DNA from: Candidatus Cloacimonadota bacterium
Lineage (GTDB): Bacteria > Cloacimonadota > Cloacimonadia > JGIOTU-2
Length of the DNA stretch: 64,000 bases
Direction: 5' to 3'
Assembly: GCA_049903315.1 (NCBI GenBank)
Contig: JBNGBT010000003.1
Span: 249,816-313,815, forward strand
Made by a program: the position numbers and the translations under genes. Positions 29,284 to 40,738 of this stretch are shown here, piece after piece. Each line of letters begins with the position of its first letter. The stretch's first letter is position 1. The notes below the pieces were generated by a model. It made no database searches. It had not been told where the DNA came from and saw nothing but the letters and a program-made list of their open reading frames with translations.

Positions 29284-32229
29284 CTAAAATAGTTTGAGAC
29301 TCACCATGAATTCGTGGGTATAATTTTGGTTATTATCAACTGCAGCAGCATAACCAAACGAGAGATACGTTCTCAGAAGAGAAAGTGCGATGAATTGGAA
29401 ATCAACTTGCACGCCAATATTAAAATACATTTTCCGCAAAGAGCTATTTTCAACATTCGTAGCAAGTGCAGAGGAGAAAAATGATGTCCTCATCCATCTT
29501 AAATAAAAGGGTATGATACCTGCTTCACGAAACCGAAGTGGGGGTAGTTCAAATTCGAGCATTGCCTTAAGAAAATTTGTTCCCGAAATGCTGCTTATTT
29601 CTTTGCCGGGAAAACTGTTCCATTCCCTAAACCTTTGTACATCCTTTTCGTCAATCCAGTTATTCTGGAAGCCGCCAATATAAAAATTATCAAAAGAATC
29701 ATTTCTTTTACCGGGTGATATCCCTCCGGCAGTTCTCAGCCAAATTGATGAGTGGTTTATAAAAAGTGGAATTCCGTAATCTGCCTGTGAATGAAGAAGG
29801 ATGTGCATTCTATCCTTTGCATAACTCAGGTTTATGTGAGTTCCGAGGATATAACCTTTTTCATCATCTACCGAACCCTGTGAGCTTTGTAAGTTTTTAT
29901 AGATTATATCTGTGTTGCACTCGAGAATTGTCTTTGCATCGATCGTGACTTCCTGTGAGAATGGAAGTTCATCCAATCCCGTATAAGCGGTTATATCTGA
30001 TGATAAGGTCAGAATTCTCGGCTTGTCATAGATAAGATCTTCTTTGTAGGTAAGCCCGACAGAAAAGCCTTTTCGACTCACTTTAGTGGGTCCAAAAAGA
30101 TCATAAAAATCTGTCTTATTATATGCAAGATGTAAGCCCCATTTTCTTAATTGAAAATCACCCATCAAATGATAGGATTCGTTATCCTGAAGATGATTGT
30201 TTGGTAGCGAATATGAAAAGGTAAGGTCAAGAATTCGCGAGTTTACATCATCAGAAAAATGAAAATAGTAACCATAAGCGGTATAATCTTTATACCCTTC
30301 TACCACCGGATATGCAAAAAGGAGATCAATATTTTTAAATTTATCATATTTGCCCTTAAAGATGGCGAGTGAGTCGATATCATACTCGTAGAAATCACCA
30401 TAATTCCACTCTCGCAAAATTGGATATTTATCAGCGATTGCCTGTCCAAGATATTCTATTGCACTAACTCCCGAAACAGGTTCATTTTTTAGCCAAAAAG
30501 GGGAGAATCCCTGTCCTCCTTCAAATTCGAATGCAATCAGTGAATCCTTGCTGACAGGAACAGGTCTGAACAAACCCATCTCAACATTACTTAGGGCGCT
30601 CATGTCGTCAAGTTCAAAATCGTAACGGAAAATATTTGACACTCCTGTATAATATGATGCTCCAAAGAGATATCGACCATCATGAGAAAACACAAAATTT
30701 GCAGGAGAACTGAAGCCAAAATCAAAGATCGATTTATAAGACGCATTATTGTTCATAAGACTATCAATTTCAAATAATGCTAATTCCTGAGTGCCATCAG
30801 CATGAGTGAGTGCAGCAGATAATTTCTTGCCGTCAGGTGAAATGTCGAGATCGTATATCGATGTGCTGTAATGAAATGCATGGACTGCTTTCCATTCTTT
30901 ATAAGGAGGTTCCAGCCGAATCAGGGTGGAAATTCCATCAGAATGTCTGACACCCCACAGTGAGGAATCGGCAGGATTTGATACAAGATCGCCGGCACGA
31001 AGATTGTTATATAGTTTAGTGATCTTTCCTGTCTCAATATCAACAACATTCAGATCTCTAAGAGTATAATTATCTGTCGTGAAGTAAATCTTTTTTTGAG
31101 ATTTATCAAGCGCCATTGAACAGGTGAAATAGGTCGATGCTCCTCTGAGATTGCAAATCTTATGAAAATCTCCACTCTTCACATCAATGTAACCAAGCTG
31201 AGGAAGCTGACCGGGAAATTTAATTGCGGTGTAGAATCTTCCTGTTTCCTCATCATAATAACTTTTAGAGACAGATCCAAGAATTTTATCAGTGATTTCT
31301 TTGCATTCAGTAACGGGATTTTCTGCTATCTTTAAAAGGTTTTTCTGTTGCCAGTGATATTCAAATGTTATCCAATCTGACCAAGAATGGCTCAGAGATT
31401 TTCCATATACTTTTTTAAATTGCGAAGTAAAGCATAGATCACTATTATCAACTCTGTTTACCCAGGTGATAAGTTTTTCAGGTCCATACATGTATGCTAA
31501 ATAAGCAAAAAATCTTGCTCCGTATAAATAAGAGTTAGCCCCGACCTGAAAATCGATCGCTGTGCCTTCAGACTCTAAACCTACTGCATGATACATTGGG
31601 ATGGAATCCTTGACCATCGCCCTAAAAATCATTTCATCATATGAACTCATCGCGCGCCCTACACCCCTGCACATCCATGTTTCCATGAATACGGCAATTC
31701 CCTCATGAAACCAGCGGGGTGCAAATTTCCGTGGCACGGTAAGGTAGGAGTAAAGGAGCGAGAGGGGATTTGTAGCATCTTGTTGTACTTTTCCAAGGAA
31801 AACTTTCCTGAAAAATCGCTCTGATTCTCCTGAATTATCCATTGCAACGACATGTGTGAGTTCGTGATTCATCAGGAAGGACATGCGTTCATTCGAAGGA
31901 GCAACTTCGAACACATACATACTTGGAGCGATGTTCACAAACACAAAATTGACTGGCGCAGCAGTAGCACCTCCATTACTCCAGTCAGAAAAATCCTCTA
32001 AGAAGATTGTAATAGGTTCTTGAGATTTATAATCCCAGAAATCCTTGTAAAAATGATATGTATTGAGAAATGAACGGGCTAAGTGAGGTACGATATACGA
32101 ATGCGCATTCGAATAATAAATGAGATTAAGATCTTCTGTTTTCAGCTGTTTAAATTGCTGGGAATGTACCGGTGAAATGAGATTCAAAAAGAGGAAACAA
32201 AAGATAGCTGCTTTGAAGATGAGTTTCAA
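29284..32229 (-). CDS. Outer-membrane protein: gluzincin peptidase-like domain + TolB-like beta-propeller + beta-barrel
   Basis: Signal peptide; NHELTH and WFHEGIA; ISPDGK / FSHDGR propeller motifs; amphipathic strands, terminal Phe. Confidence 0.75.
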   Translation of the reverse strand: MKLIFKAAIFCFLFLNLISPVHSQQFKQLKTEDLNLIYYSNAHSYIVPHLARSFLNTYHFYKDFWDYKSQEPITIFLEDFSDWSNGGATAAPVNFVFVNIAPSMYVFEVAPSNERMSFLMNHELTHVVAMDNSGESERFFRKVFLGKVQQDATNPLSLLYSYLTVPRKFAPRWFHEGIAVFMETWMCRGVGRAMSSYDEMIFRAMVKDSIPMYHAVGLESEGTAIDFQVGANSYLYGARFFAYLAYMYGPEKLITWVNRVDNSDLCFTSQFKKVYGKSLSHSWSDWITFEYHWQQKNLLKIAENPVTECKEITDKILGSVSKSYYDEETGRFYTAIKFPGQLPQLGYIDVKSGDFHKICNLRGASTYFTCSMALDKSQKKIYFTTDNYTLRDLNVVDIETGKITKLYNNLRAGDLVSNPADSSLWGVRHSDGISTLIRLEPPYKEWKAVHAFHYSTSIYDLDISPDGKKLSAALTHADGTQELALFEIDSLMNNNASYKSIFDFGFSSPANFVFSHDGRYLFGASYYTGVSNIFRYDFELDDMSALSNVEMGLFRPVPVSKDSLIAFEFEGGQGFSPFWLKNEPVSGVSAIEYLGQAIADKYPILREWNYGDFYEYDIDSLAIFKGKYDKFKNIDLLFAYPVVEGYKDYTAYGYYFHFSDDVNSRILDLTFSYSLPNNHLQDNESYHLMGDFQLRKWGLHLAYNKTDFYDLFGPTKVSRKGFSVGLTYKEDLIYDKPRILTLSSDITAYTGLDELPFSQEVTIDAKTILECNTDIIYKNLQSSQGSVDDEKGYILGTHINLSYAKDRMHILLHSQADYGIPLFINHSSIWLRTAGGISPGKRNDSFDNFYIGGFQNNWIDEKDVQRFREWNSFPGKEISSISGTNFLKAMLEFELPPLRFREAGIIPFYLRWMRTSFFSSALATNVENSSLRKMYFNIGVQVDFQFIALSLLRTYLSFGYAAAVDNNQNYTHEFMVSLKLF

Positions 32230-32240
32230 TTTATTTATTA

Positions 32241-33050
32241 TTATTGTGGACGAATAATATTTTGGAAATCACTTGCATGAATAATGCTTATAAAATCTTC
32301 GCTGAACAGAACTGCTCCAAAATTTTCATCAGAATATATAGCTTTTATTGCTTCAATATTATCGTCATTTAGCAGATATACAACTTTCAACTGTTCTTCG
32401 GGAATAATAGCTGTGAGTTCAGGATGAGCAAAATCGATATCCTTTATTGATTCTTGGAATTCTTGGCTCTTATATGTTTTTTCAAAATTCGGACTGAATC
32501 CGAAATCGGGAGAACTGATCGCTGCAATAATTACAATATTAAAGAAATCATTTTGATTGAATTCCTGAGATAAAACTGCATTTAATTTATCTTCAGGTAT
32601 TGCCAAAACCGCATTTTGGAAATCTTGGCTGAAGCCCTTCTTAAATTCATCACTCTGGATAAAATTCTCGAACTCCTTCGGGGTATTCAAGACAGGCACA
32701 ATATTCTGAAAATCTTGCGATAACTGAACATAACGCTGGAAATCGGACATAAGTGGTATAATGATATCCTGAAAATCAGAACTCAGAACAGCTTTCCTGA
32801 AATTCTCATCTTTGATAAGATTCTGGAATTCAGCACCCTGTATTATGTCATTAATTTCCGGATTTTCAATAATGATTTCATCAACAGTAAACTGCTTGCC
32901 AATATCTCGCTTACTTTTTTCGATACCTGCCATTGTTCCAGTGAGTTTCTGTGAAGATGGGGGAGGATAAAAAAATGAGAAATAAACCACAAGAATTACA
33001 ATAACAACAGCAAGCACGACAAACAAACCTGTACGATTTTTTTGTTTCAT
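32241..33050 (-). CDS. Membrane-anchored repeat protein (S-x-[DE]-F-Q repeats)
   Basis: N-terminal TM followed by YPPP; more than 12 degenerate SxDFQ-like motifs; RBS GGAGG. Confidence 0.8.
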   Translation of the reverse strand: MKQKNRTGLFVVLAVVIVILVVYFSFFYPPPSSQKLTGTMAGIEKSKRDIGKQFTVDEIIIENPEINDIIQGAEFQNLIKDENFRKAVLSSDFQDIIIPLMSDFQRYVQLSQDFQNIVPVLNTPKEFENFIQSDEFKKGFSQDFQNAVLAIPEDKLNAVLSQEFNQNDFFNIVIIAAISSPDFGFSPNFEKTYKSQEFQESIKDIDFAHPELTAIIPEEQLKVVYLLNDDNIEAIKAIYSDENFGAVLFSEDFISIIHASDFQNIIRPQ

Positions 33051-33157
33051 GCTACCTCCATGATATTTTTATTGCCATTATTTCTTATAATTTTTCATTC
33101 TGGATTTTAGCATTATTTGTCAATAATATTAATCAAAAATACTATTCAGGAGACTAA

Positions 33158-33841
33158 ATGAGATTTAAATACATTCTTTTTGATGCAGACGGGACCTTGT
33201 TTGATTATGAACATGCTGAACTGCAAGCTTTTAAGAATACATTAAGGAAATTTCATATCAAAGGTAATGTTGAAGAACTTCATATGTCATATAAAACGAT
33301 AAATTATGCAATATGGAAAGATTTTGAGGAGCATAAAATAAGTGCAAAAGAACTCCGCGTGGAGCGCTTTAAAAGATTTTTGGCGAAAGAGCAATTACAC
33401 CATGACAGCAAAGAAATGAGCCGAACCTACATAGAGAATCTTTCAAAAGGGATAAAACTTCTGGATGGAGCAAAAGAAATTATTAACTATCTGCACAATA
33501 ATTATTCAGTGAGTCTTATTACAAATGGACTGGCAGATGTGCAGTATTCACGCATAAGGAATTCTGAGCTGAAAGATGGTTTTGAGCATATTTTTATTTC
33601 GGAAGAGATTGGATTTCCCAAACCTATGAAAGAAATTTTCGAGTACGTTTTTGGAGAGCTTGGTTATCCTCAGAAGGAAGAAGTACTTATCGTGGGTGAT
33701 AGTTTCCGGTCAGATATTGTCGGAGGAAAGAATTACGGCATTAAAACCTGCTGGTTCAATCCGAAGAAATTCAAAAATGAGAACGGATTTGACCCGGATT
33801 ATGAGATACAAAAATTAAAGGAATTGAAAGCTATTTTATAA
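33158..33841 (+). CDS. yjjG: YjjG-family HAD pyrimidine nucleotidase
   Basis: LFDADGTL, ITNG, ISEEIG.PKP, VGDS..SDI.GG. Confidence 0.85.
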   Translation: MRFKYILFDADGTLFDYEHAELQAFKNTLRKFHIKGNVEELHMSYKTINYAIWKDFEEHKISAKELRVERFKRFLAKEQLHHDSKEMSRTYIENLSKGIKLLDGAKEIINYLHNNYSVSLITNGLADVQYSRIRNSELKDGFEHIFISEEIGFPKPMKEIFEYVFGELGYPQKEEVLIVGDSFRSDIVGGKNYGIKTCWFNPKKFKNENGFDPDYEIQKLKELKAIL

Positions 33842-35219
33842 GAGTGACTTTCTGTGTTTCGATAACTTCACCATCTACTTTCAATACGGCAAAATACATG
33901 CCGGAACACACAACTTCGTTTCGTGTGTCCGTTGCATCCCAACTGAATGATTTCTTACCGTTTTCTAATACTTGGTTACATAGGGATGTGACTTTCTGTC
34001 CTTTTACATTATAGATCGAGAGCTCTGCTTGATGATTTGATTTTAGATCAAAGGAAAATCTTATTGAATGAGAAAACGGATTAGGACTATATAGCAAAAT
34101 ATTAGATGCCGATATTTCTGGTTCTTCAACATAGAGAGGATCTGTATTTCCATCGCAGTCAGTTTTTGTGAGTCTAAGACAATCATCAGATGGCTGGAGA
34201 AAAATGAATCCACCATCAGAAGTAAGACCAATATTTTTATCCTGACCACTAATAGTGTAATCCTTTTGCCAAATTAGACTAAAATCTTCATCTAATTTAA
34301 TAAGATATGGATTCGCTCCGATAAAGTTGCCGTCTTCTAAAGGAACGATTGCTTTCACACCATCATCAAAAACGCCTAATTCTTGTTGAAGGGTATTTCC
34401 TTGTGGATCCAGTAACCACAAAAGCCCTTTTTCATTGGCAATCGAAGTATAGTTTTCTCCAGAGACAATGATATTATGATCGACAGTTTCTTCAACTACC
34501 ATACCTCGGTCATCAAAACCAAATCCGTCGAGTATATGGTACCATTCAGTGGAGCCAAGATAATCGGTCTTAAGAATGAAGGCATCCCTATAACCATAAT
34601 TGCTGACCCAACCTGTCATAACATAGCCCCCATCAGAATAGCTTTTGATCGAGAGAATATTCCCTTCAAAAAAGTTATCAAGCATGAACACCCTAGACCA
34701 TTGTTGGTTTCCATCATTATCCCATTTGCTAATTGCGAGATTGTACCAGGCGGTTCGACCTCCCATTATAATGTTGCCGTCAAGGGTTTCATCCATGGTA
34801 TAGATACGGTTCCCGGCATTACTATTATACCATTGGACATTACCCTGTTGATCTCGTTTGATTAGAAATGTAATGTCGGAGAATCTATACCAACCCGAAT
34901 GTAAAGTGCCAGCGCTAGCACTAATAGTCAAAGCATTCGCTCCTGTATCCCAATCTTCAATTTCACTCGAGATAATATTTCCATAAAGGTCGCAATGAAT
35001 ATAATATGCAAAACAGTTATAGTAATCCTCGTAATATCCGTTGATGACATAGCGATCGTGCAGTACAAGTAGATTTCTTTCGTAATAATTGTGATTGGTT
35101 GGGATTGATGGTGTAAATGGGTCAAGGTCCTTAATCCACGTGCTTTGTGCAAACACAGTTGAGCAAAACATTATACCGTAAAGTAGCAGTATTAAAGCTA
35201 ATTTAATTCTTTTGAACAT
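33831..35219 (-). CDS. Secreted beta-propeller-like repeat protein with FlgD-Ig/Por-type tail
   Basis: Repeated K.D..G...W and T.DGG motifs; SPNPF...IYNVKGQ...WD tail. Confidence 0.8.
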   Translation of the reverse strand: MFKRIKLALILLLYGIMFCSTVFAQSTWIKDLDPFTPSIPTNHNYYERNLLVLHDRYVINGYYEDYYNCFAYYIHCDLYGNIISSEIEDWDTGANALTISASAGTLHSGWYRFSDITFLIKRDQQGNVQWYNSNAGNRIYTMDETLDGNIIMGGRTAWYNLAISKWDNDGNQQWSRVFMLDNFFEGNILSIKSYSDGGYVMTGWVSNYGYRDAFILKTDYLGSTEWYHILDGFGFDDRGMVVEETVDHNIIVSGENYTSIANEKGLLWLLDPQGNTLQQELGVFDDGVKAIVPLEDGNFIGANPYLIKLDEDFSLIWQKDYTISGQDKNIGLTSDGGFIFLQPSDDCLRLTKTDCDGNTDPLYVEEPEISASNILLYSPNPFSHSIRFSFDLKSNHQAELSIYNVKGQKVTSLCNQVLENGKKSFSWDATDTRNEVVCSGMYFAVLKVDGEVIETQKVTLIK

Positions 35220-35229
35220 TATTCCTCCT

Positions 35230-36387
35230 TTAAGGTTTTTGTGTGTTCAGATCATATACTAACCCTAATGAGTCAGTTTTAGTGATTGTAAAGCAATTAT
35301 CATTACGTGCTGGAAATATAAAACCTCCTTCTTCGGTTAAACAAATTTTATTTTCACTTCCACCACACAAATAATCGCGGTCCCATAATATTTCAAGTTC
35401 TTCATTCATTTTTACTATGTTTGGACCACCACAAATAAATTCTCCATTTGGTAATGCGAGAATTGTTGAACAGCCATTACTATATTTTCCATCTTCCAAT
35501 TTGAAATTAATAGTATTTCCATCTTTATCAAGTAACCAGAATAATCCCAATTTTTTCCCGGCAATAAATGCGTTACCAACAGCAAATATATTTTTATTTG
35601 AACTTTCAACAAGCACAATGCCTCTATTCTCACCAGTAATGTCTTCATATGTTTTTGACCACAGTACATTTCCATCAGGATCTAATTTCATTACAAAAGT
35701 GTTTTTATTTCCTTTTCCTGAAAGATCTACCCAACCACAGAACACATAATTTCCATCAGATGAACATACTGAGGAGAGAAGATTAACCAGAGAATTATCG
35801 TTGAAAGGAATCCGACGTGACCAAATTTCGTTCCCATTTTCAGTCGCTTTCTTTATAACTAGTTCTTTAAAATCGATAGATTTCCCAGCAAGAATGATAT
35901 TTCCATCTTCAGTGTTAGAGATTGTATACGGACAGAAATCAATATGGGGTTTCATCCACTCATAAGAACCAAAAGCATCACGCTTGATAAGATATCGATT
36001 CTCAGTAAACCTTTCCCATCCGGAGTATAGATATCCATCGTCATTCGTAACAGCGAGAACTTTTATGCCAGTATGAAGATTGTCTTGCCGTGTCCAGATC
36101 ACATTGCCATTAAAATCTATTTTCATCAAGAAACCCCATCCACTGACATTTAAAGAATCAATATATTCATAGAAGCCAGAAATAACATAACCATCCTTAC
36201 ACTTCACAAAGCGACCAATGGAATAAGTTTCCGACAATGCACCAATAACTTCAAACGGATCGTATTTTTTTATCCATGTCTCTTGTGCGGTTAGAAAAAG
36301 CGGAGTTATGCTTAAGCTGAGGAGTAAAATTATGGTAGGTTTTACCCAGCGCAAACTCAATTTACCAGATCTCTTAGTCTTTTTCAA
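35230..36387 (-). CDS. Secreted beta-propeller-like repeat protein, paralog of the neighbour, without sorting tail
   Basis: AQ.TWIK..DPF start shared with 33831..35219; same K.D..G...W repeats; ends after TKTDS. Confidence 0.75.
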   Translation of the reverse strand: MKKTKRSGKLSLRWVKPTIILLLSLSITPLFLTAQETWIKKYDPFEVIGALSETYSIGRFVKCKDGYVISGFYEYIDSLNVSGWGFLMKIDFNGNVIWTRQDNLHTGIKVLAVTNDDGYLYSGWERFTENRYLIKRDAFGSYEWMKPHIDFCPYTISNTEDGNIILAGKSIDFKELVIKKATENGNEIWSRRIPFNDNSLVNLLSSVCSSDGNYVFCGWVDLSGKGNKNTFVMKLDPDGNVLWSKTYEDITGENRGIVLVESSNKNIFAVGNAFIAGKKLGLFWLLDKDGNTINFKLEDGKYSNGCSTILALPNGEFICGGPNIVKMNEELEILWDRDYLCGGSENKICLTEEGGFIFPARNDNCFTITKTDSLGLVYDLNTQKP

Positions 36388-36520
36388 ACAATCCCCTTTG
36401 CATTGTTGAAACTATTTTTTATATCATGGCACTTACTACACGTAAAAAGTGTATTCTAAAATATCCTTTGTCAAGTTTTTCCAGAACAGGATATTTATAA
36501 TGAAATAATTACCAATAAAA

Positions 36521-36596
36521 TGGTGGAGAAGAAGGGACTCGAACCCTCGACCGCAGCATTGCGAACGCTGTGCTCTCCCAACTGAGCTACTTCCCC
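36521..36596 (-). tRNA. tRNA-Ala(CGC)
   Basis: Reverse complement GGGGAAGTAGCTCAGTTGGGAGAGC...TTCGCAA...GGTTCGAGTCC...CTCCACCA; G3:U70 Ala identity pair. Confidence 0.97.
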
Positions 36597-36663
36597 ACAT
36601 TATTTTGTGTTGTATTTCTTTATCATGATTCCTGATGTCAATAAACAGTATTGAAATTTGACA

Positions 36664-38211
36664 TCATATCTTCATTTTTTGAACAAGCTGTTCTTTTGTA
36701 TCCCATAGTTTTTTGGAAAGTGAAACATGATAATAATGAGGATTCACAAAACGTTTCACCCCAGGATCGAGGCGTTCTACGTCTTTCTTTCGAGTCTCCC
36801 GTACTTCTTCTAATGTGGGCAGGTCATATACAAGCTTGCCGTCTTTAAGAATGTCTACATGCAGTACCTCAAGCTCGGATATTTCATTTTTTTGAAGAGT
36901 CCGTCTTTTAGTATGTTCAATGGGATGAAGAAGGGTGATCTGATCACGGTTTCTGAGATTTTCATCGTGCAGTGCAATAAGATCAGCGGTCGCTTTCCCA
37001 CGTGTGTCGTAGATACGCCATATCTTTTTATGTCCCGGATTCAGTATTTTTTCTTTTGCGCCTGAGAGTTTCATCGCGGGGAATAGCTCGCCGTTTTTCT
37101 CAATAGCTACTAGTTTGTAGACACCATCAAGAGCTGAAGCTCCTTCTGAGGTTATCAGTCCGGTTCCGACTCCATACACGAGTCGGTTTATCAGATCGTC
37201 CGGATCAACACCATTTTGTGCAGCTTCCTCCCGAATTTGAGTTACAATCTGCCAGATCACTAGTTCGTCTAGTGCGTTGGAAAGTACGATGACCGCATCC
37301 TTAAAACCTGCCTTGTTCAGCATCTTCGCGGAATGAATTGCAAGGTAAGCCAGATCGCCGGAATCGAGACGAATACCAACTGGTACATGTCCTTTGCTGC
37401 GAAGTTCTTCAAACACTTTTATAGCATTCGGGAGACCGCTCTCTAATGTATTTATTGTATCTACGAGCAACAAACAATCATCAGGATACACATCTGCGTA
37501 TGCGCGGAATGCATCGAACTCTGTATAACCCAGAGCCATGAAGGCCTGTACCATGCAATGAGCATGAGTACCTCGTGGTGCATTACCCAGCGCATAGGAA
37601 ATTCCGGCATTGGAAGAAAAGTCTGCACCCCCAATAAGCGCCGCTCGTGTACCTGCAAGTGAGCCAAGTCCCTGAGCCCTTCTTAATCCAAATTCGAGGA
37701 GCGGTCTTCCTTTACCGGCGACATTGATTCGTGCTGCTTTTGTGGCAACTAGCGTTTGATAATTAAGGTAATTTAAAAGGGGAGATTCCAGAATTTGTGC
37801 AATTGCAAAAGGTCCTTGTACGGTCGTGAGCGGCACATTTGGATGAACAACCCTGCCCTCTGGAATTGCCCGAAGTGTTATGTTGTCAAAATTGCCATAT
37901 TCAAGAAGATATTGTAAAAAATCCTCATCAAATAATAATTTTCCGCTTTTCCGCGCTTTATGCTTTCGCAAATATGCAACATCTTTATCCCGAAATCGGG
38001 CATCCTTCATCCAGTCCAGCAGCCATTCCAATCCAGCATTGACACAAAATCCTGCTTCGTGTTTTCCATAATTAGGATTAGCTCGATAAAAATGATCGAA
38101 TTGTACAGTTTTCTCATGTATTCCCTGTTTGAAGAACATCTGAGCCATTGTGAGCTGATACATGTCTGTGAATAAGATACCTTCTGCGATTCGGCGTTGT
38201 GCTCTATTCAT
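36664..38211 (-). CDS. pncB: Nicotinate phosphoribosyltransferase
   Basis: [42 protein letters not shown]. Confidence 0.93.
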   Translation of the reverse strand: MNRAQRRIAEGILFTDMYQLTMAQMFFKQGIHEKTVQFDHFYRANPNYGKHEAGFCVNAGLEWLLDWMKDARFRDKDVAYLRKHKARKSGKLLFDEDFLQYLLEYGNFDNITLRAIPEGRVVHPNVPLTTVQGPFAIAQILESPLLNYLNYQTLVATKAARINVAGKGRPLLEFGLRRAQGLGSLAGTRAALIGGADFSSNAGISYALGNAPRGTHAHCMVQAFMALGYTEFDAFRAYADVYPDDCLLLVDTINTLESGLPNAIKVFEELRSKGHVPVGIRLDSGDLAYLAIHSAKMLNKAGFKDAVIVLSNALDELVIWQIVTQIREEAAQNGVDPDDLINRLVYGVGTGLITSEGASALDGVYKLVAIEKNGELFPAMKLSGAKEKILNPGHKKIWRIYDTRGKATADLIALHDENLRNRDQITLLHPIEHTKRRTLQKNEISELEVLHVDILKDGKLVYDLPTLEEVRETRKKDVERLDPGVKRFVNPHYYHVSLSKKLWDTKEQLVQKMKI

Positions 38212-38231
38212 GAAACTCCTCTATCGACAAA

Positions 38232-38522
38232 TTATAATACATTTAATAGAACCAGGGCTATTACTATCACAATAGCTGCTGCAATGAAAATCAATTTTGC
38301 TTTTCTGAGCCGATTCCAGATTTTTTGGTCCAAATAGTACTTACCTCCGGAGCATTTAACAAAAACACCTTTTGATTCCAAGTCGTTGAAAATAAGTGAT
38401 TCTCGAAGTCCAAGCTCGTCGAGTGATTTTGCTTTTTCAATCGAGGTGCAGTCGTTTGATAAAAATGTAGTGACGATTTTTTTCTGTTTTATCCTTATTG
38501 CTATTGCTGGTGTTGCATTCAT
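38232..38522 (-). CDS. Small hypothetical protein with C-terminal TM
   Basis: 96-aa ORF co-oriented between ligA and pncB with short gaps. Confidence 0.65.
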   Translation of the reverse strand: MNATPAIAIRIKQKKIVTTFLSNDCTSIEKAKSLDELGLRESLIFNDLESKGVFVKCSGGKYYLDQKIWNRLRKAKLIFIAAAIVIVIALVLLNVL

Positions 38523-38531
38523 TATTTATTC

Positions 38532-40637
<2,106 letters not shown>

Positions 40638-40688
40638 TTATAAATCAAATTCAATCCTGTGTAATCGAAAAAAACTGTCAAAATAAAT

Positions 40689-40714
40689 AAAAAAAGGGAG
40701 CGCAATGACTCCCT
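40689..40714 (-). terminator. Intrinsic terminator after the FG-GAP gene
   Basis: Minus strand agggagt...gctccct followed by a T-run. Confidence 0.65.
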
Positions 40715-40738
40715 GTGTATAGTCGCTACTATATTGAT

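Noticed and set aside
33831..36596. Genomic island integrated at tRNA-Ala (or at tRNA-Val)
   Set aside because: No integrase and no duplicated tRNA 3' end found on the far side
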